A stretch of DNA of 64,000 nt from NCBI GenBank assembly GCA_964016885.1, contig OZ024741.1, forward strand, positions 76,942,001 to 77,006,000, given 5' to 3'. How positions within the stretch are numbered: the first letter of the stretch is position 1; the number at the start of each line of letters is the position of its first letter. Source of the DNA: Eledone cirrhosa. Lineage: Eukaryota. Below, one piece after another: positions 1-17,523 of this stretch. A program made the translations under genes and the position numbers. The notes under the pieces were generated by a model. The model was given only the letters and a program-made list of their open reading frames with translations, was not told the origin of the DNA and did no database searches.

Positions 1-422
1 CTATAATTCTTAGTCTTTCTTTTTAGATAGATACATAGATATAACGTTGTGCCCTTATAATATCTGTGTGTATGTCTGGCTGTCTGCATTACAACATTAT
101 GACATCGCTATCTGTGTGTGTATATATATATATAGTGTGTAACGTTTTTCAAAATATTTACTTCTGCGTTCACAGATTGATTTTTTTTGTTTCAGAAGAT
201 CCCGTTAAGGGTGAAAGCAGCGATTCTTTGCTTAAATTTTAATCTGTTATTTTAATATATATATATATATATAACTATATATTCGTGTACAGATATTTTT
301 GCATACACAATAGCAAAATATAAACAAACATATTTATTTCAAGAGGCTCGATAAGGATAAATATGTATCAAATATATAAGAACCCTAGAGCAAATCCCGA
401 GCAATGCCGGGATTTGCTCTAG
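1..422 (+). mobile_element. Non-autonomous Helitron (5' end at the window edge)
   Basis: Ends in a 15-bp perfect hairpin CTAGAGCAAATCCCG-agcaatgc-CGGGATTTGCTCTAG (385-422) with terminal CTAG followed by T. Bases 1-95 match the reverse complement of 33375-33466, inside a second Helitron. Confidence 0.75.
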
Positions 423-1929
423 TTATTTACTAAAACTTATCAAAAGTTAGGCGAGAGTAATGATAAGAATGAATGAATCTACTCTCAGCTTGTTCCTGTA
501 GATCAGATGGCAGTTGGGAAAAAAGCATTCACCCTTGCTGATTGTGGATCTATGAGGTTCCTCAATTAATCTTAGGTATTCAACTCTCCATACCAGGAGG
601 ATTGAATGCCTCATAATTGTATACTATACTTGTTACCAATTTTCTCTTTTCTATGTAAATCCCCACTTTAATGTTGTAAATTGTCTTTGTAATGTCTCCT
701 TCATCTGATACTCTTGTGGCAAATAAAAGGAATTATTATTATTTATATATATGTATCCATGTGTTTATTTATAAATGAGAAATCCATAAGAAAGAAACAC
801 TAGAATTTGAAACAAGAACCCTGTAATCATTGATTACATTGCAGACTTGTTGGCTCACCTACCATCTAAGCATCCATGCCTACACACTCATTTCCATTCT
901 AATGCTATTTATCTCTCTCTTGCATTCTTTAATGCTATTTATCTCACCTTCTTTTACACATTTTTTCTTGCTATTTATCTGTGACTTGATTCTTTTTCTA
1001 TATTGCTGTTTCTACCACGCCTCTTCTATTTCTGTTTCTCTCTTTTCCCATACAGGTGTTTGCGTGCATTATGTATGACTAAGATGGTATTATACTTACT
1101 GTACTTATGTACTGAGTCCTCTTTCTCAAAAAGGTTGCCATTATATGTATGTGGGCATGTATATATGTGCACATAAGTATGTGTATGTACAAGTATGCAT
1201 GGGTGTAGGGTCATAGACATAGTTGTGTCTATGTCTTTGCACAAGTATGTGCATGAGAGTGTGTATTTAGATTTTCAGCAAAGCACAAGTGAGGAATGTG
1301 TATATAGTGTGTTCTTGTTATTATCATTGAAATTATTATTTAAAAAATACAGAAACCATTATAATTGTGTTTATTGCTGTTATTATTCTTATTAATTATG
1401 GTTATTGTTGTTATTCTTTATACAATCACTTACCAGGTCATGACCTATAACATAGGGTAAAAGGATAGTAATTACTTTCAACTACTTGGAGAGGAGATAC
1501 CATCAAAGCATATTTAAGGAAAAAAATGTATGGTTTGTATGGATAACTTAGTATTGAATATTGATTTTTGTTTCTATATATAAGGTTAGATGTAAATAAA
1601 TGAAATTTAAATTAACTGAAGAAAGCAAACCTTTAGGGTTAGGGTATCTTACATTAATTTACTCTATAATTCCTCTTTAGATTGTGAGCACTCTTCATAG
1701 TATGCATGCAGTGCTAGTCAATATTTTTTTAATTTCCTGAAGAGATGGTTTACCCAGGATGTTGCTAAGATGTTTCTTATACCCTTTTCTTATCACTCCC
1801 AAGACCTCTATTACCATCAACATCATCATTATTACCAGTAGACTTAGAGATGCTTCAAGTACTTTTGGGAAGAACAGCCCTAAAGCCTCAAATTACTAAA
1901 GAGGAGAACTACAAAGTAAGGGTATGTGA

Positions 1930-5600
<3,671 letters not shown>

Positions 5601-5837
5601 TTTGTCTTATTTCCATTGCATGTTGTCACTGTATAACCAATCACAGTTCTGTGTGCAATTTTTTTTTAGTGTTACTGTTTTTGAAACTCCAGCTTGTGGT
5701 GCATATAAACAAAGAATTGCAACAATTGATTATCTAGTCTATAGTCTAAGCTAAATTATCCTACCACATACTCTAATACCTTATCTACCCATTTCTCAGT
5801 CAATAATATGCCTACTATCCCATTACCATTATTTCTG

Positions 5838-6012
5838 AATTGGCAGTAGAGAGTCGGACGCCATGTTTTCCAGCAGTTACATCCCTTTACGGTCTGGGTT
5901 CAAATCCCGCCGAGGTTAACTTTGCCTTTTATCCTTACGGGGTCGATAAAATAAAGTACCAGTAATGTACTGGGTAATTGCTGGCCTTGTGCTAAAAGTA
6001 GAAACAATTATT
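5838..6012 (+). mobile_element. tRNA-derived SINE, family A
   Basis: B-box GGGTTCAAATCCC, core GCCTTT-ATCCTTACGGGGTCGATAAAATAAAGTACCAG, tail GTAGAAACAATTATT. More than 12 copies in the window. Confidence 0.85.
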
Positions 6013-6373
6013 TCTACCAACTCAAAACTTATACCTATGTTCCTTGTCCTTGAAGGCCCTAGCTGATGCATCTCTGCACACCTCCATCATGTATCTCCAC
6101 CATTTCTCTAGACATACCTTTTATTGTACCTAAGTTGACTGGTGAAACTCTGACTGTTGAAGCCAGGAGGAAGAGGAGGGCTGAGCAGGTGGCTTGTTGT
6201 ATGTCTTCTGACTGTTTATCACTAAATGGCTTGTTACACAACTCCTCCAGCTAGCCAGGCTATAGGCAAGTGATAGAGGGGGTGGGGTGACCAGTAAGGT
6301 ACTAATAGGCTTCACCTGTAGACAGGATGAAAGTGGCTGATGACCTGACAGCAGTGAGTTTACTCCTGTGTGT

Positions 6374-6375
<2 letters not shown>

Positions 6376-6452
<77 letters not shown>
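6376..6452. repeat. (CA)n microsatellite
   Basis: Pure AC run of ~76 bp. Confidence 0.98.
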
Positions 6453-6456
<4 letters not shown>

Positions 6457-6971
6457 AGTTGATACGTAATACTTATATTTGGATATACATACACATTATA
6501 TATATGTGAGTTTGTGTTTAAACATACACAAACAATACAACATATTTTACAAAAATAAGATTGAAGTTGATAAACAAGCAAAACAGCAATTCCTGTTTCA
6601 CTACCTACAATATGTAACATTATTTATTAAACAAATATGTCTTATTTCCTGTCAATTTATAATGTTAATTATTTGTTATTAAAAAAAAGAATTAACTAAC
6701 ACAGACAAATATTTCAATTCCAATTTAGGACATATCTGTAGAATAGTGCAAGTAACACATACCATTCAATAAGATCTACAAATTATTAACAAAATTACCA
6801 CCAACTTTAGTAAATACGTAGAGACTAATTTGTCTTTCATGATCTCTTGGATCTCTGGAATTTCAACATACACCATGATCATACACACACACATGCAAGC
6901 TTCATCATAACAGAGGGTATTCTATTTCCTTAAAATTCTGAGTCTTTATGCTAATGCTTATTTATTATAAG

Positions 6972-8000
6972 GGTGGTGGGTTGGCAGTATCAGTATAGAG
7001 CATTGGACAACACGCTTTGCGGCATATAGTTATGGTTCTTTACATTCTGAGTTCAGATCCCAGCGAGATTAGATTTGTCTTTCATCCTTATGGGGGTCGA
7101 TAAAATAAAGTACCAGTAACACAATTGGGCCAATTTAATTGACTTTCCTCTCCCTCAAAATTGTTGGCTGTGCGCCTAAATCAGAAACCATTATTTATTA
7201 TTATCAGTGGTGGTTAGGGCAGTTAATTGGCAATGTCGTTAATGTATCGAACAAAGTGCTCTGAGTTCAAATCCCACTGAGAGCAACTTTGCCTTTCATC
7301 CTTCTGAAATCCATAAAATAAAGCACCAATCAATTACTTGGTTTGATTTAATTGACATTCTCCTTCCCCAAATTGCTGGTCTTGTGCCTATATTAGAAAC
7401 CATTATTATTGGTGATTAGAGCAGTGGATTGGCAGTATTAGTAGAGACAAAATATTTTGTTGTATTTAATTATGATTTTCTATGTTCTGAGTTTATCTTT
7501 GATCCTTTTGATGTTGATAAAATAAGTATGATTTCTGGCCTTCTGCCAATATTAGAAAGCATTATTAATGGTAGTTTAGCAGAATCATAAGAGCTTTGGA
7601 CAAAATGTCTAGTGATACTTGCTCCAGCACTGTGTTTAAATTCCATTAAGGTTAACTTTGCTTTTCTGGGGGTTGATAGAATATAGCACAAGATAAATAG
7701 TGGTGTTGATTTAATCAAATAAATACTTCCACCAAATTTCTGGCCTTGTGCCTATCAGAAACATTATTTTTAAGGGTGGTGGACAGGTAGAAATGCTAAT
7801 GTTGAACTAATGGTATTTCTTGAAGCCCTCTACATTATGTGTTCAAATCCTGGTGCAGTCAACTTTGCATTTCATCCTTCTAGAGTCCATAAAATAAAAT
7901 ACCAGTCAATTATTGGGTGTGATTATTTCTGGTTTTGTAGCTATGTTTGAAACAATTATTATTAAGGCAATAAATTAGCAAAATTGGTTGAATGACAGAC
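6972..8000 (+). mobile_element. Head-to-tail chain of 5-6 diverged family-A SINEs
   Basis: Heads near 6972, 7218, 7420, 7569, 7774 and 7964; each complete unit ends in a GAAAC(C/A)ATTATT-like tail. Confidence 0.8.
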
Positions 8001-8089
8001 AAAATGTCTTATAGCATTTGGCTAAGAGGTGTAATTTGACATATCATTTTGCACAGGTATAATGATAGACAAATACACACATATATATG

Positions 8090-8372
8090 GTGGACTTCTG
8101 CAGTTTCAGTCTACAAATTTCCACTCACAAAGCATCGGTTAATCTGGGGTTACAGTAAAAGAAGTCCAATTTTACATAGGTTCAATGATACACACACACA
8201 CACATATATATAAATTATGTACTTCATAGTTTCAGTCTTCCAAATTCCACTCACAAGGTATTGGTTAATACAAAGTTAGAGTAGAAGAAAAAAGACTTAC
8301 TCAAAGTGCAGTGGGATTGAACTTGGAACCATATGGTTTTGAAGTAAACTGTTTAACTATATGGCTATGCAT
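8090..8372 (-). mobile_element. Second SINE family, two partial copies (another at ~20228-20335)
   Basis: Repeated AGTTTCAGTCT..AAATTCCACTCACAAGG block; reverse B-box GGGATTGAAC at ~8313-8322. Confidence 0.6.
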
Positions 8373-9124
8373 GCACTGTTCTGAAGTTAAATGGTTTGAT
8401 ACCAACTGCTTAGCAACGCCTTAAGTTCAACTCTTTAATTGAAGTTGCAACCTTACAACAAAAGTCATCTGAATGCCACACAGACCAAAATATATTAGCG
8501 TGGAAGATAGACGTTAAATGATGATCATGATGAACACTACAGTAAAAAAAAAACAAAGATACAAAACAAATTAGTAGATTTAATCCATTGCCTGATTTAA
8601 CACAACTATTTGTTCTTTAGCAGGAGTCCATTTTGGCAAAAGCATTTGGACCAAGTCTCCCACCCCTGAAAATGGTGTTGAGCACAGCCCTTCCCTTTCC
8701 TAGTAGAAAGAAAAATGAAATTAAAACAAAGAGCAATATCTTTTATTTGGTTTTGCATTGGTCTTCCATGTCTGGTGAAGGATCTAACAAAAGAGGGTGG
8801 AAGAGTTCTGTGAAAGGGATGCTTGGTTTAGTTGCTATGACATCAAATTTATCCTTGACCAAACTTGTAGGAGGTAATCTGGACAGATGCAAACTAAACT
8901 CCTTTCCTTCAAACAGGACACTCAATCCTGAAGGAAAATCTTTCACAACTGAAAAAAAAAAAAGAAAAGATGTTCAATATATATGTATGTACATAACTCC
9001 TAGTGGAGTCGTAGTGACAAGCAACGTTTTGGGGGCATTTTAAAATTAGTGGAGCCCATCCCTTTCCAGGTCTGAACATAGCCAATTTCTTTCCAGAGAA
9101 CAAGTGAGAAAAAGATATAAAAGA

Positions 9125-9285
9125 AGAACTGACCCAGTACTAGACTGGTACTTTTTTTTATCAACCTCGAAAGTATGAAAAGCAAAGCTGACCTCAGTGG
9201 GATTTGAACTCAGAGCACAGAGAGCCAGAACAAAAACTGAAAAGCATTCTATCGGATGTTTTAATGACTGCCAATTCACCACTCA
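9125..9285 (-). mobile_element. Family-A SINE, reverse orientation
   Basis: CTGGTACTTTTTTTATCAACCTC...GGGATTTGAACTCAG is the reverse complement of the SINE core and B-box. Confidence 0.75.
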
Positions 9286-9949
9286 TTCAAAATACATACA
9301 CAGTCAATTCTGCTTCATTGTGTAACTTTTCAAAACACCAGAATGTTTCTCATCATATCTATGTAAAATTCATTAGTTAACTGTATATGCAAATAAAATC
9401 AAATTTGGCTAATTGCATAATATATTTCTATTTTACATTAAAAAGGTGGTGAAATGTAGCATAAAATTGAATATTGGATTTTATATGATTGTGATTTGGG
9501 AAGTTTTCGTTTTTAGAATGAGTTAAAATGTCCTTAGCAACTTCATATTTACAAAACAACTGATGTTAAATAAGTTAAATATATTCAAGTTATTCTTGGC
9601 AATTGAATAGATTCTGGTATATTTTTATTTTGTTATATTTTTATTCTACTGCTAACTTGTACTCTAAAGACAGCAAATTAGAAGAGCCAATAAAGTGTTG
9701 GATTAAATTCCTCACAGTGTTTGTTCCAGCTCTCTGCACTTTGAGTTCAAATCTTGTTGAAGTCAATTTTATCTTTTATTCCTTTGGGATTGATAAATTA
9801 CCAGTCTAGGACAGTGGGGTAGCAGAATTGTTAGGTCATCAGATGGGATACATTGTGGTATTTGTTTTGATTTCAAATCGTGCCTCCTGTAACTAGGAAA
9901 AATGATGGCATGATATGCTTGGATCTCAATCATTAAAACAGTCAAGAAA

Positions 9950-10410
9950 TGCCCTATGAGATGCAAGCTCATAGGAGGCCATCTAAACCTGCACATGTGT
10001 GAGCAACAACTTGTCCTTTAATCTTTACCATGTTAACTTTTATGCCATTTCACACTAATTCATTCTTTCAAGTTCCAGACGTTCTGCATAGTTCTTAAAT
10101 GAATTCTACAATGATAATCAAAAGAACACAATGAGATCTAATTATTAACTTTTGTATGATCTCCTCAAGCTTATGGTTATGATGAATAATGAAAGAGTTA
10201 AAGACTCAGTGAACAACCAATTGGATACTTAAATCATTTACTGAGTTCACTGTCAATCAAGATCTTTTCATTTACCATCTTCATACATAGCCTGAACCTA
10301 TCAAATAAATCTAATAAATAAGTTGTCCATACCTAGTCTTTTCCCTGACCATCTAACTAATGTAGGACCCTATCAAGCCCTGTTTAGGTCATCAAATATT
10401 GATTTACATT
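9950..10410 (-). mobile_element. Ancient RTE-like LINE RT fragment
   Basis: Minus-strand remnants resembling FxDLxKAxDRV, VQAMYE and GIKVNMVK, with many stops. Confidence 0.55.
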
Positions 10411-12029
10411 TGTTGTTACTGCTGTTTAGCCCTGATCAAGCAGACCTATGATCAAAGACATTTCAACTATGACCATCTTATGCTTTTCAATTCCTAGGAA
10501 TACATTGAGATAGCGATAGGAAGGGCATCTCGCTGTAAAAAACTGACCAAACAAAGGTTGAGAGGATTTTTCAGTTGTGTCAAAAACAGTAGACTAACAA
10601 TTTGGTAGTGTCACTAAAAATCAATTGGCAACAGTCCTTGGGAAACTGAGGTTCTGTTAATATAAGTTCTATAGGTGGTAAATTGGCAACTGACAGGTTT
10701 CCACACAATTTCTGTCAACTTAATTTCATTCAGAACTAAACAACTACAAAACCACCTCCATCATCAGGAGCCTCAATTTATTTGAACTCTCTGCACACTG
10801 AGTTAAAATTTCATTGAAGTCAACATTGCTCTTCATCCTATTGAGTATAATAAAAAATTAAAAAAAGTACCAGTCCAGGGTAGTGAATTGGCAGAATTTT
10901 CAGAGAGTTAAATAGGTTGCCTTGTGGTATCTGTTGCAGCTTTGGATGTTCTGAGTTCCAACATTGCCTCTTGATACTAGAAAAAAAATGACACGATACG
11001 ACTAGAGCCCCTTATTAAACACACAAAAAATATGGGCCATAAGAACAATAAAATATAAATCCTACAGACTAATGTGAGCTAGTGGTGCCACTGTAAGGTA
11101 ACATGTACCTAAATCCTTTTTTCTCCATCCATAGGAGCAGGTAATTATAGGCCTAGCAACTACTTTTTATAAATATTGGATATTGAGAAAGAGAAAGAGA
11201 GACAGTGACCATCTTTATGTTTGTTCTTCTTTTCTTGCATAGATTGGATGAGGGCCACAGCTAATCTTCATGTCATTAGACACTAAGCAACTGAGACAGG
11301 TATCAAACCATCTCAGCTGGTTTCACAAGTCATTAAGAAATTGAAACAGATGACAGTTTGTTGCATCTAACTCTCAGCTGCTGCTCAAACTCATTTTCAG
11401 TTGAGTGAACTAGAGCAATGTGAAATAGTGACTTGTTCATGGACACAATGTACCACCCAATCAGGAAATGAAACTCATGATCTTAGGATTATAAGCCTAA
11501 GACGCTAATCTAAAGGCATATACTTTCGCAGTGGATATTGGAATAAATATAATTTGCTGTTTTTCAAGTTTGATTTGGCTGAATCCAGAGATGCTCTTTC
11601 TACCACCAGCCACTGACAGAATAAACTAGATGAATTTATTATGTCAACATCATAAGAAAGGTTGGCTTACCAGACTGAGAGCCTACTCAACAACTGTGTT
11701 AAATTGAAAGGAGACACATTTTCTCTGAGTGGGAATCAAAATAATGTCATCTCAGTCCCATATTGATTTTTAACTTAGTTGTGTCCAATATATCCAATAT
11801 TTTAACCAGTTGACCTTTATTTCGACATTAGCAAGTACATCTCTACTGAGTAAATACTGTAATAACAGAAGGAAGGAAGGACAAGAAGTTGGAAGAGAGA
11901 GACAAATGGATGGAGGGAACAACAAGCAGACAGCGTAGGTCATCAAGTTAAGCCAGTTACATAACACCTCTGGAACGTTGGTCTGTTGCCATGGGGACGG
12001 TTATAGTTGGACCATCATAGAATCATTGT

Positions 12030-12300
12030 AAATGAAATATGAACTCAAGTTGACAATGATGATGATGATGGTGGTAATGATAATATTTGTTGTGGTGATG
12101 AGGAATAGATTGATAATGATAATTGTGGTGATAATAGTGAAGATGATGGGCGTGATGATGATGTTAATGGATGTAAAGATGTTGAGGAATAATATTGATA
12201 ATGATAAGAGTGATGGCAACAAATGATGGGTTAAGGGGTGGTGTTGTGGGTTAAGGAGTTGTGTTGGTAACAAATGATTTGTGTGATAAATTTCTATAAT
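12030..12300. repeat. Degenerate (ATG/GTG)n low-complexity tract; continues at 12917-13190
   Basis: Triplet GAT/GGT-rich sequence on both sides of the RTE fragment. Confidence 0.85.
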
Positions 12301-12305
12301 AATAA

Positions 12306-12915
12306 TCATCATCATCATCATCACCGTTTTACATCCGTTCTTCCACGCTAGCATGGGTTAGACAGGTTGTCCTGTTGTGGGCAGTGTCTGGTCGGCTGAC
12401 CATGCCTTGCTCATACAGGAACTGATTTGGCTTGATTTCTACAGCTGGATGCCCTTCCTAACACCAACCTCATTTACAGTGAGTGCTGGGTGCTTTTTCG
12501 TGGTGCCTACACGTCCACTTTACAGTGTGGGCTGGGTGCTTTTTTGCCGTGGCACCTCCACGACCACCTTGCGGTGGGGGGTGTGGGGGCATATTGTCTA
12601 TATGCTTCAGCTTGTACCCATGGGAGGTTGGGTACTCTGTATTACTGCGTGACGCCAGAGGTCACGGTCGTGTGTCATTGCCTTTGAGAGGTGTAATTGG
12701 GTAAGGTCGGCTTTTATCACCTCATCCCAGGTCATCTTGGGTCTCCCCACTCCGCGGTTTCCATCGACTTCTAGTGCTCTGCACCTTTTTATGCAGCTGT
12801 CATCCTTCATACGCATCACATGTCCATACCAACGCATCCGCCTCTCCTGCACACAGCATTTGATTCCTCTTATGCTCAGTCTCTCTCTCAATTCATTTAT
12901 GCTTTGTCGTTCGTG
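12306..12915 (-). mobile_element. RTE LINE 3' fragment, young subfamily
   Basis: Near-identical to 17524-18133; (GAT)n tail; ORF ending RRMRWYGHVMRM...GRPKMTW. Confidence 0.95.
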
Positions 12916-13283
12916 TAGTTATGATGCCATAATTGATGGTGGTGATGATGCAATGATGATGATGCAATGATGACGAGGAGGAGGATTATAATAATGACTA
13001 TGATGACTCAATTGGAGGCTATGATGATAGTGATGATGCAATTGTGATGATGATGACACAATTGGATGCAGTGATGGTATTGATGATTTAATGATGATGA
13101 TATGATGATGATGATAGTGATGATAATGCAATAATGAGGAGATGATGATAATGATGATGATAGTGGTGGTGTGGTTGATTGTGGTGGTGGTAAAGAGAAG
13201 GAACAGTAATATAAGCTAGTGGAGGACTAAAATACCAATACTGATTATAAACTAACATCACCAACTGGATCTTATTATTTGTG

Positions 13284-13468
13284 TGGATTGGCAGTATCGG
13301 TAGAGGGTCGGACGCCATGCTTTCCAGCATAGTTACGTTCCTTTACGATCTGAGTTCAAATCCCGCCAAGGTTGACTTTGCCTTTCATCCTTACGGGGTC
13401 GATAGAATAAAGTACCAGTAATGCACTGGGTATTTGCTGGCCTTGTGCCTAAAGTAGAAACAATTATT
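13284..13468 (+). mobile_element. Family-A SINE, young full-length copy
   Basis: Near-identical to 49611-49800; B-box GAGTTCAAATCCC. Confidence 0.9.
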
Positions 13469-13687
13469 TGTTTGCGACCTTTTTTAGACTCCATGAACAA
13501 CTAGGTAAAGGAAGGAAAGTATCCTCAAAACAGAAACCCGGTTCAATAGCTTGCAATAGAGTGTATGCCAGTGAAGACACTCATGTTCTAACCTAGAAAT
13601 AGTAGCTAAATCACTCTAAAATCACATTCTATTGTCTCGAATATGAATAACATGTAGGATAATGTAGTTCTAAGTCCAACTGGAATA

Positions 13688-14979
13688 TGAGGATGAGCTG
13701 AAAAGTTCATAGGCTGACTATGAAGGAGTGATGCTAGAGCTGTGAAATCTTGCATGCATTAATTTCAACTCTTCTTATTAATAACTTCCTTGTTTCTTTC
13801 CAGGTAAACTGACATCTGATTCTTCAAAGAAGACTTCAAAAGTAACTAGTAGTGTCTTCTCTGTAAAATGGACATAATTTGGTATTGTGGTGTTATCAAG
13901 GAGTTGCAGTAAAAGGGTTTAGCTCCCAAGGACATTCATGCTGACATGGTTGCCAGATTAGGGGATGATGCTCCAGCTTTATCAATAGTGTAAAAGTGGG
14001 CAGATGAATTTATAGAGGGAAGGGAGAGTCTTAAAGATGTCCCAAGGTCTGGACGTCTTGCAACTGCCACCACCAAGGAAAACATCCACCGTGCTCAACA
14101 CATGGTGATGGATGACAGGCAATTGACTATAAATCAAATAGCTAATGCTATTAGCATATCTCGTGAGAGAGTTGAAAATATTTTGCACAATGAATTTGGC
14201 ATGATGAAAGTTTCTGATTGGTGGCTGCCACATTGTCTGACACCTGATCAAAAGCATGCCAGGCTGATCACATCATGGAAAAATCTGACATTGTTTGAGG
14301 CAGATCCAGCTGGTTTCCTTGAACGTTTCCTAACCCAGGATGAGTGTTGGGTTCATCACTTTGCGTCAGAGACAAAGAGACAATCCATGCAATAAAAACA
14401 CTCCTCACCTGCTCAAAAAAAGGTCATGGTTGTTTCATATGCAGGGAAGGTGATGGCTTCAGTTTTGGGGATTCAAAAGCCATTGTGTTTATTGACTATC
14501 TTCAAAAGGGCCACACCATCAATGAAGAGTACTATACCAATTTGCTGAGGCAGTTACGAAAGGATATCAAGACCAAATGCCCAGGAAAACTGACGAAAGG
14601 GGTCTTGTTTCATCAGGACAATGCTCCAGTATACAAGTCCTAGGTTTCAATGGCTGCTGTCCATGACTGTAGCTTTGAACTGGTTGATCACCCTCCCTAT
14701 TCTCCTGATTTAGCTCCATCTCACTATCATCTGTTCCCCAGCATGAAAAAACATTTGGCTGGGAATCGGTAGAGCAGTGATGATGAGGTCATATTTGCAG
14801 TTGATGACTGTTTTTTACCAACAGGATGAAAGACTCTTCATCAATAGGATCCAAGCACTGCAATACCGATGGAAGATGTGTGTGGACCACATGGGGGACT
14901 ATGTTGAAAAATGAACCTCATTTGGTTACGTTCCACGAAAGTATCTTGGTCAGCCAATAAACTTTTCAGTTGACCCTCT
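13688..14979 (+). mobile_element. Mariner DNA transposon, decayed transposase
   Basis: TIRs TGAGGATGAGCTGAAAAGTTCATAGGCTGAC / GTCAGCCAATAAACTTTTCAGTTGACCCTCT with TA TSDs. Motifs WLPHCLT, TQDECWVH, FHQDNAP and HPPYSPDLAPS; stops and frameshifts present. Confidence 0.93.
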
Positions 14980-15069
14980 TACTATTGATTATAGGTCTGC
15001 TGTATCTGGAGCTGATCTGGACCGTTTTTTATGACATATGACAGTCAGAAGAGGAAAGGTAGCTTTTAT

Positions 15070-15252
15070 GAAGATGTTTGCAAGTCCACAAAGACCAGTA
15101 AACATATTTGAATAACCACTAAGACCAGTGAAAATGTTTGGGTAACCACTAAGACCAGTGGACATGTTTGAGTAATCACTAAGACCAATAAACATGTTTG
15201 GGTAACCATGAAGACCAGTGAACATATCTGCAGAGTCACTAAGACCAGTGAA
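15070..15252. repeat. 30-bp minisatellite, ~6 copies
   Basis: Unit AAGACCAGTGAACATGTTTGGGTAACCACT; the minus strand reads as (MFTGLSGYPN)n. Confidence 0.9.
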
Positions 15253-15345
15253 ACAAAGAAAGAAAAGAAAGATCTTGATATTCCAAGACTAAAGACCTGG
15301 TTTACAAAAGGTATATAAGGGCCAGCTGGTAGTTTTAAATGAAAA

Positions 15346-15805
15346 GTGTTAAACCATAGATTAGGTGGTGGTGTTAAACCATGGATTAGGAAGTGGTGTT
15401 GAACCGTGGATTAGGTGGTGGTATTAAGCCAATGATCAGGTAGAAGTGTTAAACCATGGATTAGGTGGTGGTGTTAAGCTAATGATCAGGTCGAAGTGTT
15501 AAACTAAGGATCAGCTGATGGTGTTAAACCAATGATCAGGTGGAAGTGTTAAACCAAGGGTCAGCTGATGGTGTTAAACCTTGGATTTGTTGGTGGTGTT
15601 AAGGTAAGGACCAAGTGGTAGTGTTAAACCAAGGACTAGGTGGTTGTTAAACCAAGGACTAGGTGGTGGTGTTAAACCAAGGACCAGGTGGTGGTGTTAA
15701 ACCAAGGACTAGGTGGTGGTGTTAAACCAAGGACCAGGTGGTGGTGTTAAACCAAGAACTATGTGATAGTGTTAAACCAAGAACTATGTGATAGTGTTAA
15801 ACCAA
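15346..15805. repeat. 25-bp minisatellite, ~18 copies
   Basis: Unit GTTAAACCAAGGAC(T/C)AGGTGGTGGT and variants. Confidence 0.93.
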
Positions 15806-16139
15806 GCTATGAATTCTGTCTACCACCAGAGAACATGTAAAATCCAACTGAGAGGCTTCCGCACAATTTCTGTCTACCCAATTTTACTTAGAACTGAACT
15901 CCATTAACAGGAGCTTCTTACCCAACTTGCTAAATATAGAAGCTAAATTTCCTTCAAATTACAGCCTTTTCTTTTCCTTTAGTCCTAGCATTTTAATGAA
16001 GTCTGCTTTTAGAAAGAGTGTGTATATGTGTGTGAATGAATGGACTGATAAGAGGTGTGAGTATGTTTTGTCAGCAATGATATTGGGGGTTTTATAACTA
16101 TGTGATACTGATGTGATGGTTGTGTATTACAACTATGTG

Positions 16140-16660
16140 TGTGCTTGTGTGTGTGTTGACAGTAATATAGGCTGTTACATATAGCTGGTATTTATGTTAC
16201 GGCAACTCTGTATTTGTGATTACAGAAATATAGTAGAAATATAGTTAGAGAGACAGTATTGATGTGACAACAGTGTGCTCCATCTGTGTGTGTTGACAGT
16301 AATACAGAGTATTACAGATAGATAGTATTGATATGAAAAACAATGTGCTTCAACTCTGTGTGTGTGTGAGTTAACAGTAATATTGCTTGTTACATATAGA
16401 CAGTATTGTTGTGACAATAGTGTACTCCAACCAGGGCCTCCAAGAGAAATTTTGCAAGGCTGTACAAGACCCCTTTGGGGCCTGAAACAGGCAAAGATTT
16501 TTTTCAAAATGGATGTTGCATAGTTGCTGTGGGGCCTTAGCTCTTGGGTACCAGAACAAAGTACCTGCTGGATCCCCTCTCATAGACCCTGACTCCAACT
16601 CTGTATCTGTGTGTTGACAGTAATATAGGCTGTTACATATAGATAATACTAATGTGATAG
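16140..16660. repeat. Degenerate ~65-70-bp tandem repeat, interrupted at ~16430-16595
   Basis: Recurrent TGTGTGTTGACAGTAATATAGGCTGTTACATATAG-like block at ~16150, 16215, 16287, 16363 and 16608. Confidence 0.7.
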
Positions 16661-17523
16661 CAGTCTACACTACACCCATCATTGGAACCCTTTGACTGGG
16701 CAGGAATTTTATGTTCTGATGTTCTGATGTTAGCATACTGGCATAATTCAACAACTGATTAAACTAACAACATTAATGGACTGGTGCTTATTTTATTGAT
16801 GCTGGAAAGGGGCAAAGTTAACTCTGCTGGGAAGGAAATAGAACAAATACTGTAAAACATTTTGTCTGACATCCCAACGATTTGGCCATTTCAAGATCTA
16901 TTTTACAGCAGCTGATTATTTAATGTCATTGAGCTGACAGCTTAACCACTAGTTCAATAATCAACGAGTTGAAATTTGGTGACAAAAAAGAGAAAATGTG
17001 ACATTTTACATACAAAAAAAAAAATTAAAAAACAAAAGACAAAATCAGAAATAGACAGTGATAGAGAGAGTGATAGAGTGTGAGGAGTGAAAGTGAGAGA
17101 TAGTGATGCGGGGGAGAGAGAGAGAGAGAGAGAAACAACATCCCATAACTCATTGGAATTTACAGTCACCATTTCAGAAAGTTGAGTTTTGTGTAGTCTG
17201 TTTATGGCATATCAACCTGGAAGTTGATCCATTCCTCCATCCCTCTTCTCCAAGTTATTATTTACCAAGGGAGGATTTGTAAAACTGAAGTGGATGAGTG
17301 AATAAGGTATTAAACCTGCTTAAACATCATCTTGTGTTCAGATCCAGTGCAGGCACTTCCTTATGCATCTGGGCAACAGTTTAAAAATAAAAATAAATAA
17401 AGCTTTACTGAGTGTTCCAGTTGATTGGTCAACATGATGGCATACTCATTAAATTAACTTGTTAGTGGCTGTGTATTCCATTGACACGTATATAATTAAT
17501 GCAATTCTCAGGGAGATTTAAAT

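Noticed and set aside
5885-5915. tRNA genes at GGTTCAAATCCC motifs
   Set aside because: No cloverleaf can be formed; each motif is the B-box of a multi-copy SINE.
15346-15805. CRISPR-like appearance of the 25-bp repeat
   Set aside because: Units are contiguous with no unique spacers, there are no cas genes, and the context is eukaryotic; it is a minisatellite.
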